64,000 nucleotides of DNA from Nitrosopumilus sp. (GCA_965203315.1 OZ241857.1:1792001-1856000); one strand, 5' to 3'; counted from the first letter of the stretch, positions 10,297-21,905 are shown. The notes: generated by a model not told the origin, from the letters alone. Numbers and translations: made by a program.

Positions 10297-11041
10297 ACTG
10301 GTTGATAGAAATCTCACAATCTCTCTAAATCCGGGATTTCTGATCTGGCAAGTGATCTTCCCATTGATCTACATATTTGTTGCTGGATTTGCTTATGCAC
10401 CGCTGATTCAAGACATTCCTTTAGGTACAAGAGATCTAGACTATCCTGCATTTTTGGCTTCAGGAATGATCGGATTTAACATAATGAACAGTACACTGAT
10501 ATCTGGAATAATAATCTGGAATGATCGTAGACATGGAATGTTTGAACAGATAATGTCTGGTCCATTTACTCGTAGCCACTATATTCTTAGTAATATCTGT
10601 ACAATCGGAATCATTGGACTGATAAGCGCATCTCTTATTACAGCTGTTGGTTATCCTGTATTCTTTGATTCTGTTTCTTTTTCATTTGTTACCATACCGA
10701 TGATCATATTTGGTTCAGTTGTAGGTTCAGTGTTGTTTGGTTCATTAGCGTCGATAATATCTACTAGACTGAAATCTAGTGAAGGCTTTAATGTTATAAT
10801 AAACACCGTCTTTCTCTTTTTTGCATTTCTCAGTAGCGCATTTTATCCTGCAGAGAGCGCTCCTGAACCACTCCGTACCATATTCTATCTAAATCCGCTC
10901 ACATATTTGGTTGATATTATTAGAGCTGGAATCTTTGGAGTAATAACAGAGTTTGTCTTGTACGAACTAGTGATCCTAGCTAGTCTCGCAACTATATTTT
11001 TCGTGATTGCGTCAAAGTTACTGACAAGACTCGACTTTTAG
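10280..11041 (+). CDS. ABC-2 type permease; frame open from ACG at 10280, first canonical start GTG at 10352
   Basis: Multiple TM helices, FLSSAFYP..LNPLTY ABC-2 motif; coupled to upstream ATPase. Confidence 0.9.
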   Translation, partial: THPIIRLVDRNLTISLNPGFLIWQVIFPLIYIFVAGFAYAPLIQDIPLGTRDLDYPAFLASGMIGFNIMNSTLISGIIIWNDRRHGMFEQIMSGPFTRSHYILSNICTIGIIGLISASLITAVGYPVFFDSVSFSFVTIPMIIFGSVVGSVLFGSLASIISTRLKSSEGFNVIINTVFLFFAFLSSAFYPAESAPEPLRTIFYLNPLTYLVDIIRAGIFGVITEFVLYELVILASLATIFFVIASKLLTRLDF

Positions 11042-11115
11042 AGAATGATGGTACAAATACACGTACAGAATCAAGATATCACAAACTAAGACTGTCTCAA
11101 TCTGATTATGCTAGA

Positions 11116-11188
11116 TAGCCCGGTTCAGATTCGAACTGAAGTCTAGGGCTCCAAAGGCCCTCATGCTTGACCGCTACACTACCGGGCT
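11116..11188 (-). tRNA. tRNA-Gln (TTG)
   Basis: Minus strand AGCCCGG..CCGGGCT-A acceptor stem, anticodon arm AGGGC-CT TTG GA-GCCCT, T-loop GTTCGAATC. Confidence 0.95.
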
Positions 11189-11599
11189 AACAAGATCAAA
11201 TACTGTATCTCCCTTAATGAACTTTAAAGAACTAGTTTGATCTAAATTCGTCTATTTTACATCTCTTCGAGATCTACAAATCTAGAGTTGGAGTTTAGCG
11301 TCTATATTGGATCTTGATATACAAATCCATATTGATTCACATTTTGTATCTTAGATGATTACCACATGTCAACCACAATTGTGATCTGCTAGTACGATCT
11401 GATTGTCACTGCAAAAGTATGATCATTGTCATAACCATTGTTTTTCATAGATCCATTAACACAATCTCGTTATCTTGTGATTGCTTTATTCTACAAGAGA
11501 TCCCAAGTTTAACACCTGCATCCGGATTTCTTGTAGTTTTCGATTTTTGACTATTGTGATTGTTCAATAAGTTTTTCTTACTCTATATCGTGAGTGTAG

Positions 11600-12739
11600 A
11601 TGATGGTCGGAACAAAGGTTGTCATTTATGGTCTCAGTACCGAGGGATATGGACTAGCTGCACAGTTGGCAATAGGCGGAGCTGATGTCTATGTCATCGA
11701 CGAATCCGCATCATCAGCATTCTCACTTAATGTTGAGATAGCCAAAAAATACTCTGTCTCTTCAATTAAAGAGGATGATCTCTTGCTTGACGTAATTCCG
11801 ATCGACATTGTAGTATCTGACGCAAAATATCTCTTCTTTACGCCACGTGTACGAAAGAGTGGTGATGACACCAAGACTGAGATCAATTCTAAGTTCAAAG
11901 ATGCTGTATCTGCACTAAAGAAGGATAGTGCTGTCGTCTTTGGACTACCTACTTGTTTTGGTGGTAGCGTTGAGACTATCACTTTGTTAGAGCACATTAC
12001 GGGATTTGAGGTTGGAAACCAGATATCATACTTTTATTACCCTCTAGAGGATATTGACCAACAACCACATGTTATTGGCTCATTTAACGCTAATCCAGAT
12101 CCTACACTCAATAACTTACTCTCAATTAATGATCAATCCAAAAAATTTGTCACAATTCCATCATCTGAATATTTTCATGGCATGAATGTTTTGTCTAAAT
12201 TCCTAAATCTTTCTAGCATGCTTGAAATAACAAAACATGTACGTGAAGACGCTCATATATCAGACTTTGTGTCTGATGATCTAGGTAATGTCTTTTTAGA
12301 TGATATGTTGGATGGATTGTTTGATCTACGGTTGTTACAATCTTCATTTGAAGGACAAAATACCATGACATTTCTATTTAGTGGCATCAACAAATCTCTA
12401 GACTATTATATCAAACTGCTCATCGATCAAATTCGCTCTACACTCAAAGATTATAAACTCAAAGCTAGTCGTACCAAACTTGTACTGTTGTGGAATATAG
12501 ATCAGTATTCTATACGTAACAATAAAACTATGATGTTACATTCGTTAAGGACTAAACTTCGCGACTATATAGGAGACGTCGAGATACGTGAACGTCTAGA
12601 CTTTGATCCGTTTCATATGGACAAGACAACCATGGTCGTTACTTGCTCTAATGCAGATTTTGATTATATGATGAAGGTACGTGAAGACTATGATATTATA
12701 ATCATCAAAGCAAATCCATTCTGTCAAGTCGTCCGTTAA
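11600..12739 (+). CDS. Degenerate nucleotide-sugar dehydrogenase-like protein
   Basis: N-terminal Rossmann-like KVVIYGLSTEGYGLA..GADVYVIDE; catalytic motifs not recognisable. Confidence 0.65.
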   Translation: MMVGTKVVIYGLSTEGYGLAAQLAIGGADVYVIDESASSAFSLNVEIAKKYSVSSIKEDDLLLDVIPIDIVVSDAKYLFFTPRVRKSGDDTKTEINSKFKDAVSALKKDSAVVFGLPTCFGGSVETITLLEHITGFEVGNQISYFYYPLEDIDQQPHVIGSFNANPDPTLNNLLSINDQSKKFVTIPSSEYFHGMNVLSKFLNLSSMLEITKHVREDAHISDFVSDDLGNVFLDDMLDGLFDLRLLQSSFEGQNTMTFLFSGINKSLDYYIKLLIDQIRSTLKDYKLKASRTKLVLLWNIDQYSIRNNKTMMLHSLRTKLRDYIGDVEIRERLDFDPFHMDKTTMVVTCSNADFDYMMKVREDYDIIIIKANPFCQVVR

Positions 12740-12951
12740 TCTATCTTGTACACACATACGATGATGATTCAAATATACACATAGAATTATCGATGTCAAC
12801 GCAAATCTGGTCTTAACTAGACAAAAATAGAAAGATCTACAAGAGGTACATAAAATTGGAAGCCCGAATTTGAGGCTAGATTGGCAGACTAGACCTAACA
12901 TATTCTTGCACGATAGATATTCTACAAATGAACAAGTTGTTCACTAGGGTT

Positions 12952-12986
12952 AAATACAAACTTTTGATGATAATATCAATAACATG
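12952..12986 (+). repeat. 35-bp site, exact copy of 53265-53299 (S-layer start site without a gene)
   Basis: aaatacaaacttttgatgataatatcaataacatg at both positions. Confidence 0.92.
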
Positions 12987-13200
12987 TATAATTGTACAGG
13001 TTGTACAAGTGCTTGTAAAGTTATCCGACATGACCTTTTACAGTCTATTGGTCTACGTACCTACTTCACATCTCTTGTATCAAGTATCTTGTGAATGAGT
13101 AATATTGTATAATGCAAGAGTCGAGAATGAAGGAGTAGAGATCAGCGTATGTTGTCATTGACACTGTATGTAGATATCACTATGCATTATTATATCATAT

Positions 13201-13218
13201 AAAAAAAGAAAAAAAAAA
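13201..13218 (-). terminator. Oligo-T terminator of left S-layer gene
   Basis: T10-C-T7 run on minus strand just after the stop at 13227; similar run after right copy. Confidence 0.65.
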
Positions 13219-13219
13219 G

Positions 13220-16200
13220 GTTTGAACTAGTTTACAGTTATTGTTGTTGTCTGTTGTGGAGATAGTGCAGTTGGTATAGTCAACGACTCCCATGCAAATA
13301 CGGTGATTGTGTATTCACCGGATGCAGTTGGTATCCACGACTGAGATGGACTAAACGACTGAGATGGTGTTAGTGAACCATCAATCCAAGACAGAGATAC
13401 TGTAACACCATCGCTATCTTGAATTTGTACCAAGTATGCAAATGGTTGGTCTTTGTCTTGTGTGTTTGTCAAATCTGCAGTGATCTGGACTTGTTGATCT
13501 ATTGATACCGTACTGAGTGTTGTACCTGTAGAGTCTACTATTCTCAACGACTCGATCTTTACTCGTTCTAGAGGAGGTACTATTGTTCCTATTATGGTGG
13601 TTGCAGTGATGTCTTCAGAGTCGCCTGTATTGTACGGAGCAGGTAGAGTGTTGTCGCTGTACTTTGCAGTGACTGTGTCTCCTTCTTCTGTGGATAGTTT
13701 GTGACCGCCTGATTGGACAGAGAGTCCAAAGAATACAGTACCTTCAAAGATACCACTTGCTGGTTGAGTCTCTGTTACTGTAAGGGTTATTCCACTAGGT
13801 GCACTAGAAGACCATACTTTGACCTCAAAGTTGTCTGCAGATTCTGGATTCAAGTTCATGTCGGGATCGATTACACGTAGTACGCCTGTAGCTGTAGCAG
13901 GATAACTTGCTTCTAGCCACTGAACTTCACCAATGTTCCAACGGATTAGAGCAGACTTGCGTACAGTCTCGTCGTCAGAGAACTCGAATGATACCTCGAG
14001 TCCGTCGTCGTTGTCTGTTGGTAATAGTCCATCGGTTGGTCCGTTACATCTATCACATGTACGACCTGTGACGTCTTTACCATTATAGCCTGTAGAGTTA
14101 TCATCATCTACGTCATATGAGAATCCTGTCAGTATTACTTCACCTGTAAAGATACCAGTGTTTGTACCTGTCTCTACGAGTTTGTAGTTTTTAATGTCGT
14201 CGGATCTTGTAGCAACACGTACCGGATATGGATCAGCACCAATCTCGTCTACTTGGTTTGTGTTTAGGTTGTGATCAGGAGCTGTTACAGTAATGAATAC
14301 CTTGTCGGTCCAACTGTATACGCTTTGATCTAGTTCTATTGTAGCACCAAAGTTTGATGTGAATACCGTTCTGTCGATATCTTCTGTATTATCACCTACA
14401 TAGTCTGCACCTGATGGTCCATAGTCTGTGTATTCTAGCTTGATCTCTTCGCCTCGTTCTAGTCTGTCGTTGTCTATGGCCTTGGGAACAGATATGACCA
14501 CTTGGAAGATACCTGTGCTAGGACCAGTCTCTCGTAGAGAGCCTGGTTCTGCATCGAATATACCTTCACTCAGATTCTTGGTACCTGCGTCCGAGTCCCA
14601 TTTGATCAGATCAAGTGTATATGTTTCACGTGTACCGCTGTCTAGATCAAGGTCTGGATCGATGAGTGTTACGATCATGTCCGAGCCTATAACGTATACA
14701 GACTTGTCTGTCTGTAGAGCACCGTTTCGTAGATCAAAGGTAGCAGAGTCTGTGACTGTGCGTGGGTTACCAGAAGCATCTGTTGTGTCGTTGTACTGTA
14801 CGGTGAGGATATCACCTTGTAGGATGCATGTACGGCTTGTCGTACCGTCAGATATTGTTCTACTTGGACAGTCACTACCACTTGGTCCATCTATGTAAGA
14901 TAGATCAAAGCTTACTTCAAAGACTCCAGATTCAGGAGATGTCTCTGTTAGAGCACCCAAATTCTTTGGATCACATGTACCAGTATCTCGAGCATTAGTG
15001 TACCTTAACTCTGCCAAGAGATATTCGGTATATTTTGTAGCCTTTTCAGTAGGATCTGTAGCATCAGCATGTGCCTTTTTTGCGGCATCTCGCTTTCGTT
15101 CCAACTGACTAACCTCGTCGTTTGCCTCTGATGTAGTGCCACCTGCATGACCTATTAAACACTCATCACCACTGCGAGAGACTGTTATCTTGACTGGTCC
15201 GTTTCCAGACATGCCTTCGATCTTGTCCTCGCCTGTAGGATTCAAGTTGTAGTCTGGGTCGTTTACTTGAACATAGACTTTAACTGTACCAAGTGGAAGA
15301 TTCGTTCCGGCCATGTCTAGGGCTCTTGAACCAGTTGTTGTACCCTGACCATACGGAACTGGATATACAGTTCTATCTAGCGATACAGAGCCTGTACTTG
15401 CACCAATCGATGCAGAGTCACCAGCTGTGACTATCTGACCAGATGCATCTCTAAAGTCTAGATATGTTACGCCAATATCTTTGCCGCTTGTAGGTGTGTT
15501 AGGGTTTCTCGTGTTTACTGTATCGTCGTCATTAAAGTTGCATACTTGTTTTGGTATAGAAAATGAACCTGTAAAGACTCCTGTACTGGATCCGGTCTCT
15601 TGTAGAGTGAATCCGGTTTTAGCGAGTCCGTTCTGAATGTTATTATCTAGGTCACATGCGCCAGATTTCCATCTCTCACCACCAATGGTTACTTCGAGTA
15701 GCATTCCTAGTGATTTGCCACCTGGTAGTAGAGACTTGTACTTGATACCAGCTACATTGGTTACACTCATGCCTACTTGATCTCTATCTGTGTCATTGTG
15801 GTTACTGTCCATTACTACTGTATAGGTATCAGCACGATCAGGATCTGTATTCAGATCAGAGTCCTCTAGTGTTATTACGACATTGCTGCCTACACTGTAT
15901 GTCTCTGCATTCAGAGATACCACACCACTAGAGGTTGCGATATCTTGTTGATCAGAGACCACAGCCATGTTGCCGTTCGAGTCTATGTCTGCATAGTTTA
16001 CTCGCGCGTCAGAGCCTGTAATGTCCTCAAAGGCGATGAATTTGACTTCATTGCCTGTTGGTGTGATACTATCGAATATGTATGGAGTCTTTGGGTAGTT
16101 GTTGCCTTCCATATACGAACGATCATTCACTATCATATCGAGTTGGTTTATCATGATGTACTCTAGTGTTCCTGTAAAGGTACTAGTGTTCTCACCAGTC

Positions 16201-17044
16201 TCTTCTACCTCGACTCGTATAATCTGATTTGCAACTCTCTCACTTGCTTGTGCACCATCGTCATAGAATCCATACGAGAAGAAATCTGCGACTATGGGAT
16301 ATTCTTTGCCTTCAGTGATAGTAAATGATGGTGTGGCGTGGCCATTTCCGTCTTTGATTATTATTCCCAGTGTGACTTGAGCGCTAGTACCGACCTTTGA
16401 TAGAAATTCAGAACTAGATAGTGAATATTTTAGTTCATTGTTATTTCTATCTTCGACCATAAAGCCGGTTATGTCTCTAAGGCCGGAACGAGTATCATAT
16501 GCTGAGAGTTCACTTTTGCTATTGTCTAACAGTGTTCCAAAGTAAACAACATCTCCTGTACTGTTGTGTATGTTTAGATCAACACGCATGTTGTTTGTAT
16601 CAAAGACGCCAAAGTCATAGTTGAATAGATTTCGCCCCGTAAAGTTGCCTTTATTTGAACGGTCATCGTTAATCGATCCATGTAGATCTTCTAGCGTACC
16701 TAGAGGAATAGCAATCATCCCTCCAATGAAGAAGCCAGATGCTGGTCCCGCAAGTGAAAGTGGTTCGGTATCGCGAACATCATTTGAACCATTCCATGAC
16801 AGTATGCCTCTATGACTATCATCGACTCTAAAATCTAAGTCACGTATGTATGTCCTATCATCTGGATCTATCGGATATTTCTGCCAAGAAGTACCTGGTT
16901 GTGTATATGCATATGCAGAATTGTCTTTACTGTCCATTAGTGTACGTGGGTCACCTGTCATAAATGTCGGAATTCTTGACATTGGGTCAGATACCTTTTG
17001 ATCGTCTTCTGCATCACTGTCTTTGTTTTGATCTGCATCGACTA
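13220..17044 (-). repeat. 3825-bp near-identical inverted repeat of 54507-58331
   Basis: Identical by eye from tagtcgatgcagatcaa to ctagttcaaac, except one V/I change, one short patch and a few 3' SNPs. Confidence 0.92.
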
Positions 17045-18515
17045 TGGTTAGGTCGATCTTTTCGCCAGAGTTCCATGTGCCGTCTGCGATATCGAGGTTT
17101 ACTGTAGCAGAGGTGAGTCGTAGGTTTACTGGCACATTATCATCACCGTATGTAATCTGTGCGTTGGTGTTTCGTGGCGCATCAGACTTTGTCATTATTG
17201 AACCACCATCATCGGCAAATTCAAAGACGCCAGTGTTTGGTCCTGTCTCTTCGAATTTGAGTGATTGTATTGTACCAGAAGTGGCAAACACATGAGTTGG
17301 TCTAGTAAATTCTACTACTGGATCATCAGTAATCTTTAGGAGACAATCATTATCACAACCTAATGCACTAGTAGTTGTTACAAATTTAGTAAACTCGTCA
17401 TCACTATATTCAACATAAATTCTAATATGCTCATCGTCTCTAGTGGTGTCATTCACCATAAAATGCATTATATCTTTAGCAGTAGGATCGATATTCAGCA
17501 CATGGTCCGTGATCGTTGGATATATGTTGGCGCCTCGTGGATAATAGTCACGATCTAGCTCAAGTGAGTGATTTGTAGATTGGTCGTATCTCACGGTTAC
17601 AGTTTGTGGATTTCCAGGCTTGTAATAGACAACTTCTACCTCATCCCCATCATCGAGATCAAGATATTTGACCATATCTTCAGATATCTTTGTATCGTTG
17701 TCATTGTCAGCTCTTGTAAGGGGCAATTCACTCAGATATCTATCCCGATAGTGAGTTTGATTATTATTAGGCGATTGCTCATTTCGAGCCCCTAACCAAA
17801 TATGATCAAATTTAGATGTAAGTTTTGATATATTTGATATCTCTTCTTAAGGTGGGAAATGACGTGTATGATGCACGGGTCTTTGATGGATACCAGCGAG
17901 AATCAGTTGATCACCAGAATATCTTTGCTAGGGACGAAGTGCACATCAACGGAATGGAAGGGTTCTGGGGCTTTACAAAATTAAACATGGTGAAGCATCG
18001 TGGGGTGAGCTCAAAGAAATTCTTACTGTATCTCAAAGAGAGGGAGTGGTGATGCAAGAACCGAGAGTGCGATCTGTTTGATTTATTGATGCAATACACG
18101 CTTAGGGGCTCGAAATGAGCAATCGCCTATTATTAATATCGCCCACAGCGCTGCCATCAGTTATATCACCATCACCGTTACCATCTTTTCCAATATCTGC
18201 AAAATAGCCATACCAAGAACCATCTCCTGCATGTTGCATTTTGAGATCTTTACCATCAACTGTGACTCTAGGCATTCCGTCACCCATATCTGTCCGTAAT
18301 GGATCACTTACAATAACCTCCACATACTGGATACCGCCAAAGGTATTGTCGAATCTAGATCCGTATCCGTTTGGATCAGCAGCTGAGACGTATAGGTTTG
18401 GTGTCGACTGGGCATATACTGGCTCCATGCTGGGTATAGCAAAGGTCAGTCCGCCTGCGACCATTATCATCATTAGTATTAAACTAGTTGTTTTTCGTCC
18501 TATTTCGTTATTCAT
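13227..18515 (-). pseudogene. S-layer protein copy 1, interrupted by a 358-bp IS1595-type element (1640 aa if precisely excised)
   Basis: Fragments 18102-18515 and 13227-17726; removing element plus one TSD gives 4923 nt in frame (..VGDINN-NQTHYRDRYLSELPLTR..); repeated ETG.NTG.F motifs. Confidence 0.9.
17770..18127 (+). mobile_element. Non-autonomous IS1595-family deletion derivative (358 bp)
   Basis: Perfect 26-bp TIRs ggcgattgctcatttcgagcccctaa; 8-bp TSD tattatta (17762-17769, 18128-18135); transposase C-terminal remnant HINGMEGFW...YLKEREW*. Confidence 0.93.
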
Positions 18516-18528
18516 GTTATTAATTTAT

Positions 18529-18550
18529 CCCCCCCCCGTGCCATATAAAG
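18529..18550 (-). promoter_or_regulatory. TATA box (CTTTATAT) followed by G9 tract upstream of S-layer copy 1
   Basis: Minus strand ctttatatggcac-G9-ataaattaataacATG; first T of TATA 34 bp from start. Confidence 0.7.
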
Positions 18551-18592
18551 ACTATGAACAATTCGTTCACTGACGTTTACGTGAGAATTATT

Positions 18593-18769
18593 GGCTCTGT
18601 TCAGTTTACGTGAGTTGAGATCGTGATGAGGTTATCTCAAAGAACGTACAATATGAGACTCAAAACAGTAGCAATTTACGATAGACGGTACAAACCCGTT
18701 TCCATATTTTGCAAAATTTTTCGAGAATTTTGTGCAGAGAATGCCAACTCCCGTCAATTGAACAGAACA
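18593..18769. mobile_element. MITE family A, copy 2 (inverted relative to 8805-8979)
   Basis: Ends ggctctgttca / tgaacagaaca; flanking direct repeat (a)gaattatt at 18584/5-18592 and 18769/70-18777; colinear with reverse complement of copy 1. Confidence 0.82.
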
Positions 18770-19653
18770 GAATTATTCACTGTCCATTTGGTTCACCACT
18801 CAGTGCGTCTCTCATTTCATCTCAATCAACGTTTCACATTACGTTAGAAGACTCGAGTTCGAATCACATCTGTGCATGTTGTTTTGATGTGGTGTATGAC
18901 ACGATCGATTTTCCGATTTTCAATACATCATATACTGCGTAGTGACCGGTATTGAAAACCGTCTGCTTGTAAGAGTTGTACACATCACACATATTCATCT
19001 CAGTCACAGGTTGCGAGTATCCAATTATCTACAGATATTGGTTTGATTTACATGTACACAGATCTCGTTGTGTAGATTGTTCCCACGTATTGTGTCCTAG
19101 ACAGTTTCATCAGATGTAGATACAAAACTGTATTCGGTAACTCGAGATGTTTCTGGACAAATCCTAAACGAATCAATTTACCAAATGTCCATAGAGTAGA
19201 GTATCTAATCCACAAGCATCGTATTCGCAAAGATGTGTAATCTATCAACCATACAACTTTTTTGTATAATCCCCCCAGATATCTCTTTTCTGAATACCTG
19301 TCGTTGGAATTCTTGGCCGGTAAAGAGAACAGCAATCTTTGGTATGATAGTTCATTTGCGATTGATGTATTTTTACGCAATACAGAGTGTCAGAATTGAA
19401 TTTGAACATATCGTTGATCAAGTTATTTATTTTGCTATTGTGTGTATTTCGTCTAGTTCCAATTGAGAGATAATTTACGAACTCTAAATCAATAGATTTA
19501 GTTGTACACACATCAAAATAGATGTACGTTCGATAAATACCAGTCAACATACACGATATCTGAATCACAAACAGTCCTTTACAAAAATACATGTCTCTAG
19601 ATATTACTCGTTATATCTCAAGACTTTAAACTAATGACTAGATATCAATTATC

Positions 19654-20058
19654 ATGTCATCAGATACAGAGATGATCATGAATGTTATCGAGACACTCTT
19701 TGATGCAGGTAAAACAAAAGATCTCTCAAGACTTCGAGAGATACATGTGAATGATCCTAGATTCTCAAGTTTTAGCGATCTGCCACCATACGACTGTAAA
19801 GACTATGCAACCACTATCGAACTAGAAGAGTTACGTTTTGTTAGTATCTCAGATTATACATATGATATTAAAAGCTCCAAGATCAGTATCTGGGGAGATG
19901 CAGCTGTTGTCGCCATCGAACTAACACAACATGGAATGCTAGTAGACAATAAGGCATACACAGGGAGGCAATTGATCATAAACGGACGAGCAACATTTGT
20001 CTTGGTCAGACAGAACACATGGAAGATCGCTCATATTCACCTGTCTCAGATAGACTAG
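19654..20058 (+). CDS. NTF2/SnoaL-like (DUF4440-type) protein
   Basis: GDAAVV...GRATFVLVRQNTWKIAHIHLS pattern. Confidence 0.8.
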   Translation: MSSDTEMIMNVIETLFDAGKTKDLSRLREIHVNDPRFSSFSDLPPYDCKDYATTIELEELRFVSISDYTYDIKSSKISIWGDAAVVAIELTQHGMLVDNKAYTGRQLIINGRATFVLVRQNTWKIAHIHLSQID

Positions 20059-20059
20059 A

Positions 20060-20839
20060 TCACTTTGACAAGTTTTCATACAGTTTCCATGCAGAGTCTA
20101 CATCAAGGTTTCCGTGAACAATTCCCCTAATGGCTCGAATCATCGCTACAGGATGGTCTGACTGCCAAATGTTACGGCCCATATCTACGCCCACGGCACC
20201 ACCACGAATCGCACTATATGTGAGTGTCATGGCATCTCGCTCTGGAATCTTTTTTCCACCAGCAACGATGATCGGTACCGGGCACGACCGGACGACTCGC
20301 TCAAAGTCTTCACAATAGTAAGTTTTTACGATATGTGCGCCTTGTTCTGCAGCTATGCGGCATGCCAATGAGAGATATCTAGCATCCTTGCCCAACTCTT
20401 TGCCAACTGCAGTAACTGCAAGAACCGGTAGCCCATATTGTTGTGCCTCACTTACGAGTTTTCCTAGATTGCTGATAGTCTGATACTCGTACTTTGAGCC
20501 AACGAATATTGACATTGCAAGTGCTGTGGCGTTTAGGCGTATTGCATCGTGGATCGATACTGTAATGTCTTCTTTTGAGAGGTCTTCACCTATTATACTA
20601 GATCCTCCAGACACACGCAAGACCATCGGCGTGTCTGTGGTAGGTACAACTGACGTTCGCATGATTCCACGCGTAAGCATCAACGAGTCACAGTACTTTA
20701 AGAGTGGCGCAATAACTTTGCTTGGATTCTCTAGACGTTCTGTAGGACCAAGAAAATAACCATGATCTACAGCAAGCATTAGAGCACGATTGTTACGTCG
20801 TATTATACGTGATATTCTGTTTGCTAATCCCCAGTCCAT
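20060..20839 (-). CDS. lsrF: LsrF-like class I aldolase/thiolase (DhnA family)
   Basis: MLAVDHGYFLGP, GAHIVKTYY Schiff-base Lys, IIVAGG, GVDMGRNIWQ. Confidence 0.85.
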   Translation of the reverse strand: MDWGLANRISRIIRRNNRALMLAVDHGYFLGPTERLENPSKVIAPLLKYCDSLMLTRGIMRTSVVPTTDTPMVLRVSGGSSIIGEDLSKEDITVSIHDAIRLNATALAMSIFVGSKYEYQTISNLGKLVSEAQQYGLPVLAVTAVGKELGKDARYLSLACRIAAEQGAHIVKTYYCEDFERVVRSCPVPIIVAGGKKIPERDAMTLTYSAIRGGAVGVDMGRNIWQSDHPVAMIRAIRGIVHGNLDVDSAWKLYENLSK

Positions 20840-20873
20840 CAAGAGATCACCGTATCAACCCGACATATACGTC

Positions 20874-21905
20874 TTAAGCCTTTCCAACTATAACGATCTT
20901 TATCGCATCGTTGCCACGTCTTGCATGATTGAACGCCTGCATCGAGTCATCGATACTATACCTGTGAGTTATGAGTGAACTTGCGTCGATACGACGAGTA
21001 CGTATGAGATCGAGTGCCTCTTGTGTGTCCTTGTCTGATGCTGCATAGCTGGTCATCAGCGTAATCTCTTTAGAGTATATCTTGTCCATCTCTGCCTCTA
21101 GTATTGTACCCTTTGATGGAACACCAAACATCATCACTGTGCCGCCAGGTCGCACCACTTGTAGTGCATCATCCAGTGCAGATATACTACTAGTTGAGAC
21201 TATGGCAACATCGACACCATGTACTGTCGCGGTACGAATCTTTGTGTGACGAGACTCTTCTGTTGCCGATATTACGTCTATGCCAAATCGAGATGCAAAG
21301 TCTAAACGAAATTGGTTTACGTCCAAACCAAATATTCTATCAAATCCATTCATACGAGATATCATTGCGTGTAATATTCCTGTCGAGCCCATTCCAAATA
21401 TCGCAACTGAATCACCGTGTCTGTAATCTAGTTTATGCCAAGATCTAAGACAGCATGCCAACGGTTCGATCATCGCTGCTTCCTCAAATGAGATAGTGTC
21501 AGGAATCTTCAAGACGCCTCCATGTTCTACGTTCCATGCAGGTACAACATACTCTTCGGATAGACCACAGGGCGTGAGATTGGTCTCATAATACTTTGGA
21601 CACATGGTCTCACAGCCATGTTCACACAGATGACAGTCATAGCACGGAACATGATGATGTGTAAATACTCGATCTCCAAGTCTAAACTTTTTTACGTTTG
21701 AACCTACACCCACAATTACTCCAGATGGTTCGTGCCCCAATCTCATGGATGGTTGACCATATTGACCAAACACTTTTTCTAGATCTGAACCACATATTCC
21801 ACATGCGTGCATCTCTACCAATATCTCACCTGGATTGAGACTGGGTCGTTGCGCCTCTCTGATCGATACTATTGATGGTTCTCTTACAAATGCTGTCTTC
21901 ATCAT
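20874..21905 (-). CDS. Zn-dependent (sorbitol/threonine-type) dehydrogenase
   Basis: CGICGSD, GHE, CxxCxxCxxxxxxxC structural zinc, GMGSTG NAD site. Confidence 0.92.
   Translation of the reverse strand: MMKTAFVREPSIVSIREAQRPSLNPGEILVEMHACGICGSDLEKVFGQYGQPSMRLGHEPSGVIVGVGSNVKKFRLGDRVFTHHHVPCYDCHLCEHGCETMCPKYYETNLTPCGLSEEYVVPAWNVEHGGVLKIPDTISFEEAAMIEPLACCLRSWHKLDYRHGDSVAIFGMGSTGILHAMISRMNGFDRIFGLDVNQFRLDFASRFGIDVISATEESRHTKIRTATVHGVDVAIVSTSSISALDDALQVVRPGGTVMMFGVPSKGTILEAEMDKIYSKEITLMTSYAASDKDTQEALDLIRTRRIDASSLITHRYSIDDSMQAFNHARRGNDAIKIVIVGKA

Noticed and set aside
14428-14898. 156-aa antisense ORF and other ORFs duplicated in both S-layer copies
   Set aside because: Shadow frames whose conservation follows trivially from the DNA duplication
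18857-18865. GTTCGAATC T-loop-like motif
   Set aside because: No acceptor or anticodon stems can be built around it
18623-18942. Short ORFs at 18623-18847 and 18709-18942
   Set aside because: They start within MITE A and have no protein features
19048-19592. Overlapping short ORFs upstream of S-layer copy 1
   Set aside because: No recognisable motif in any frame; possibly decayed DNA, but no call can be supported
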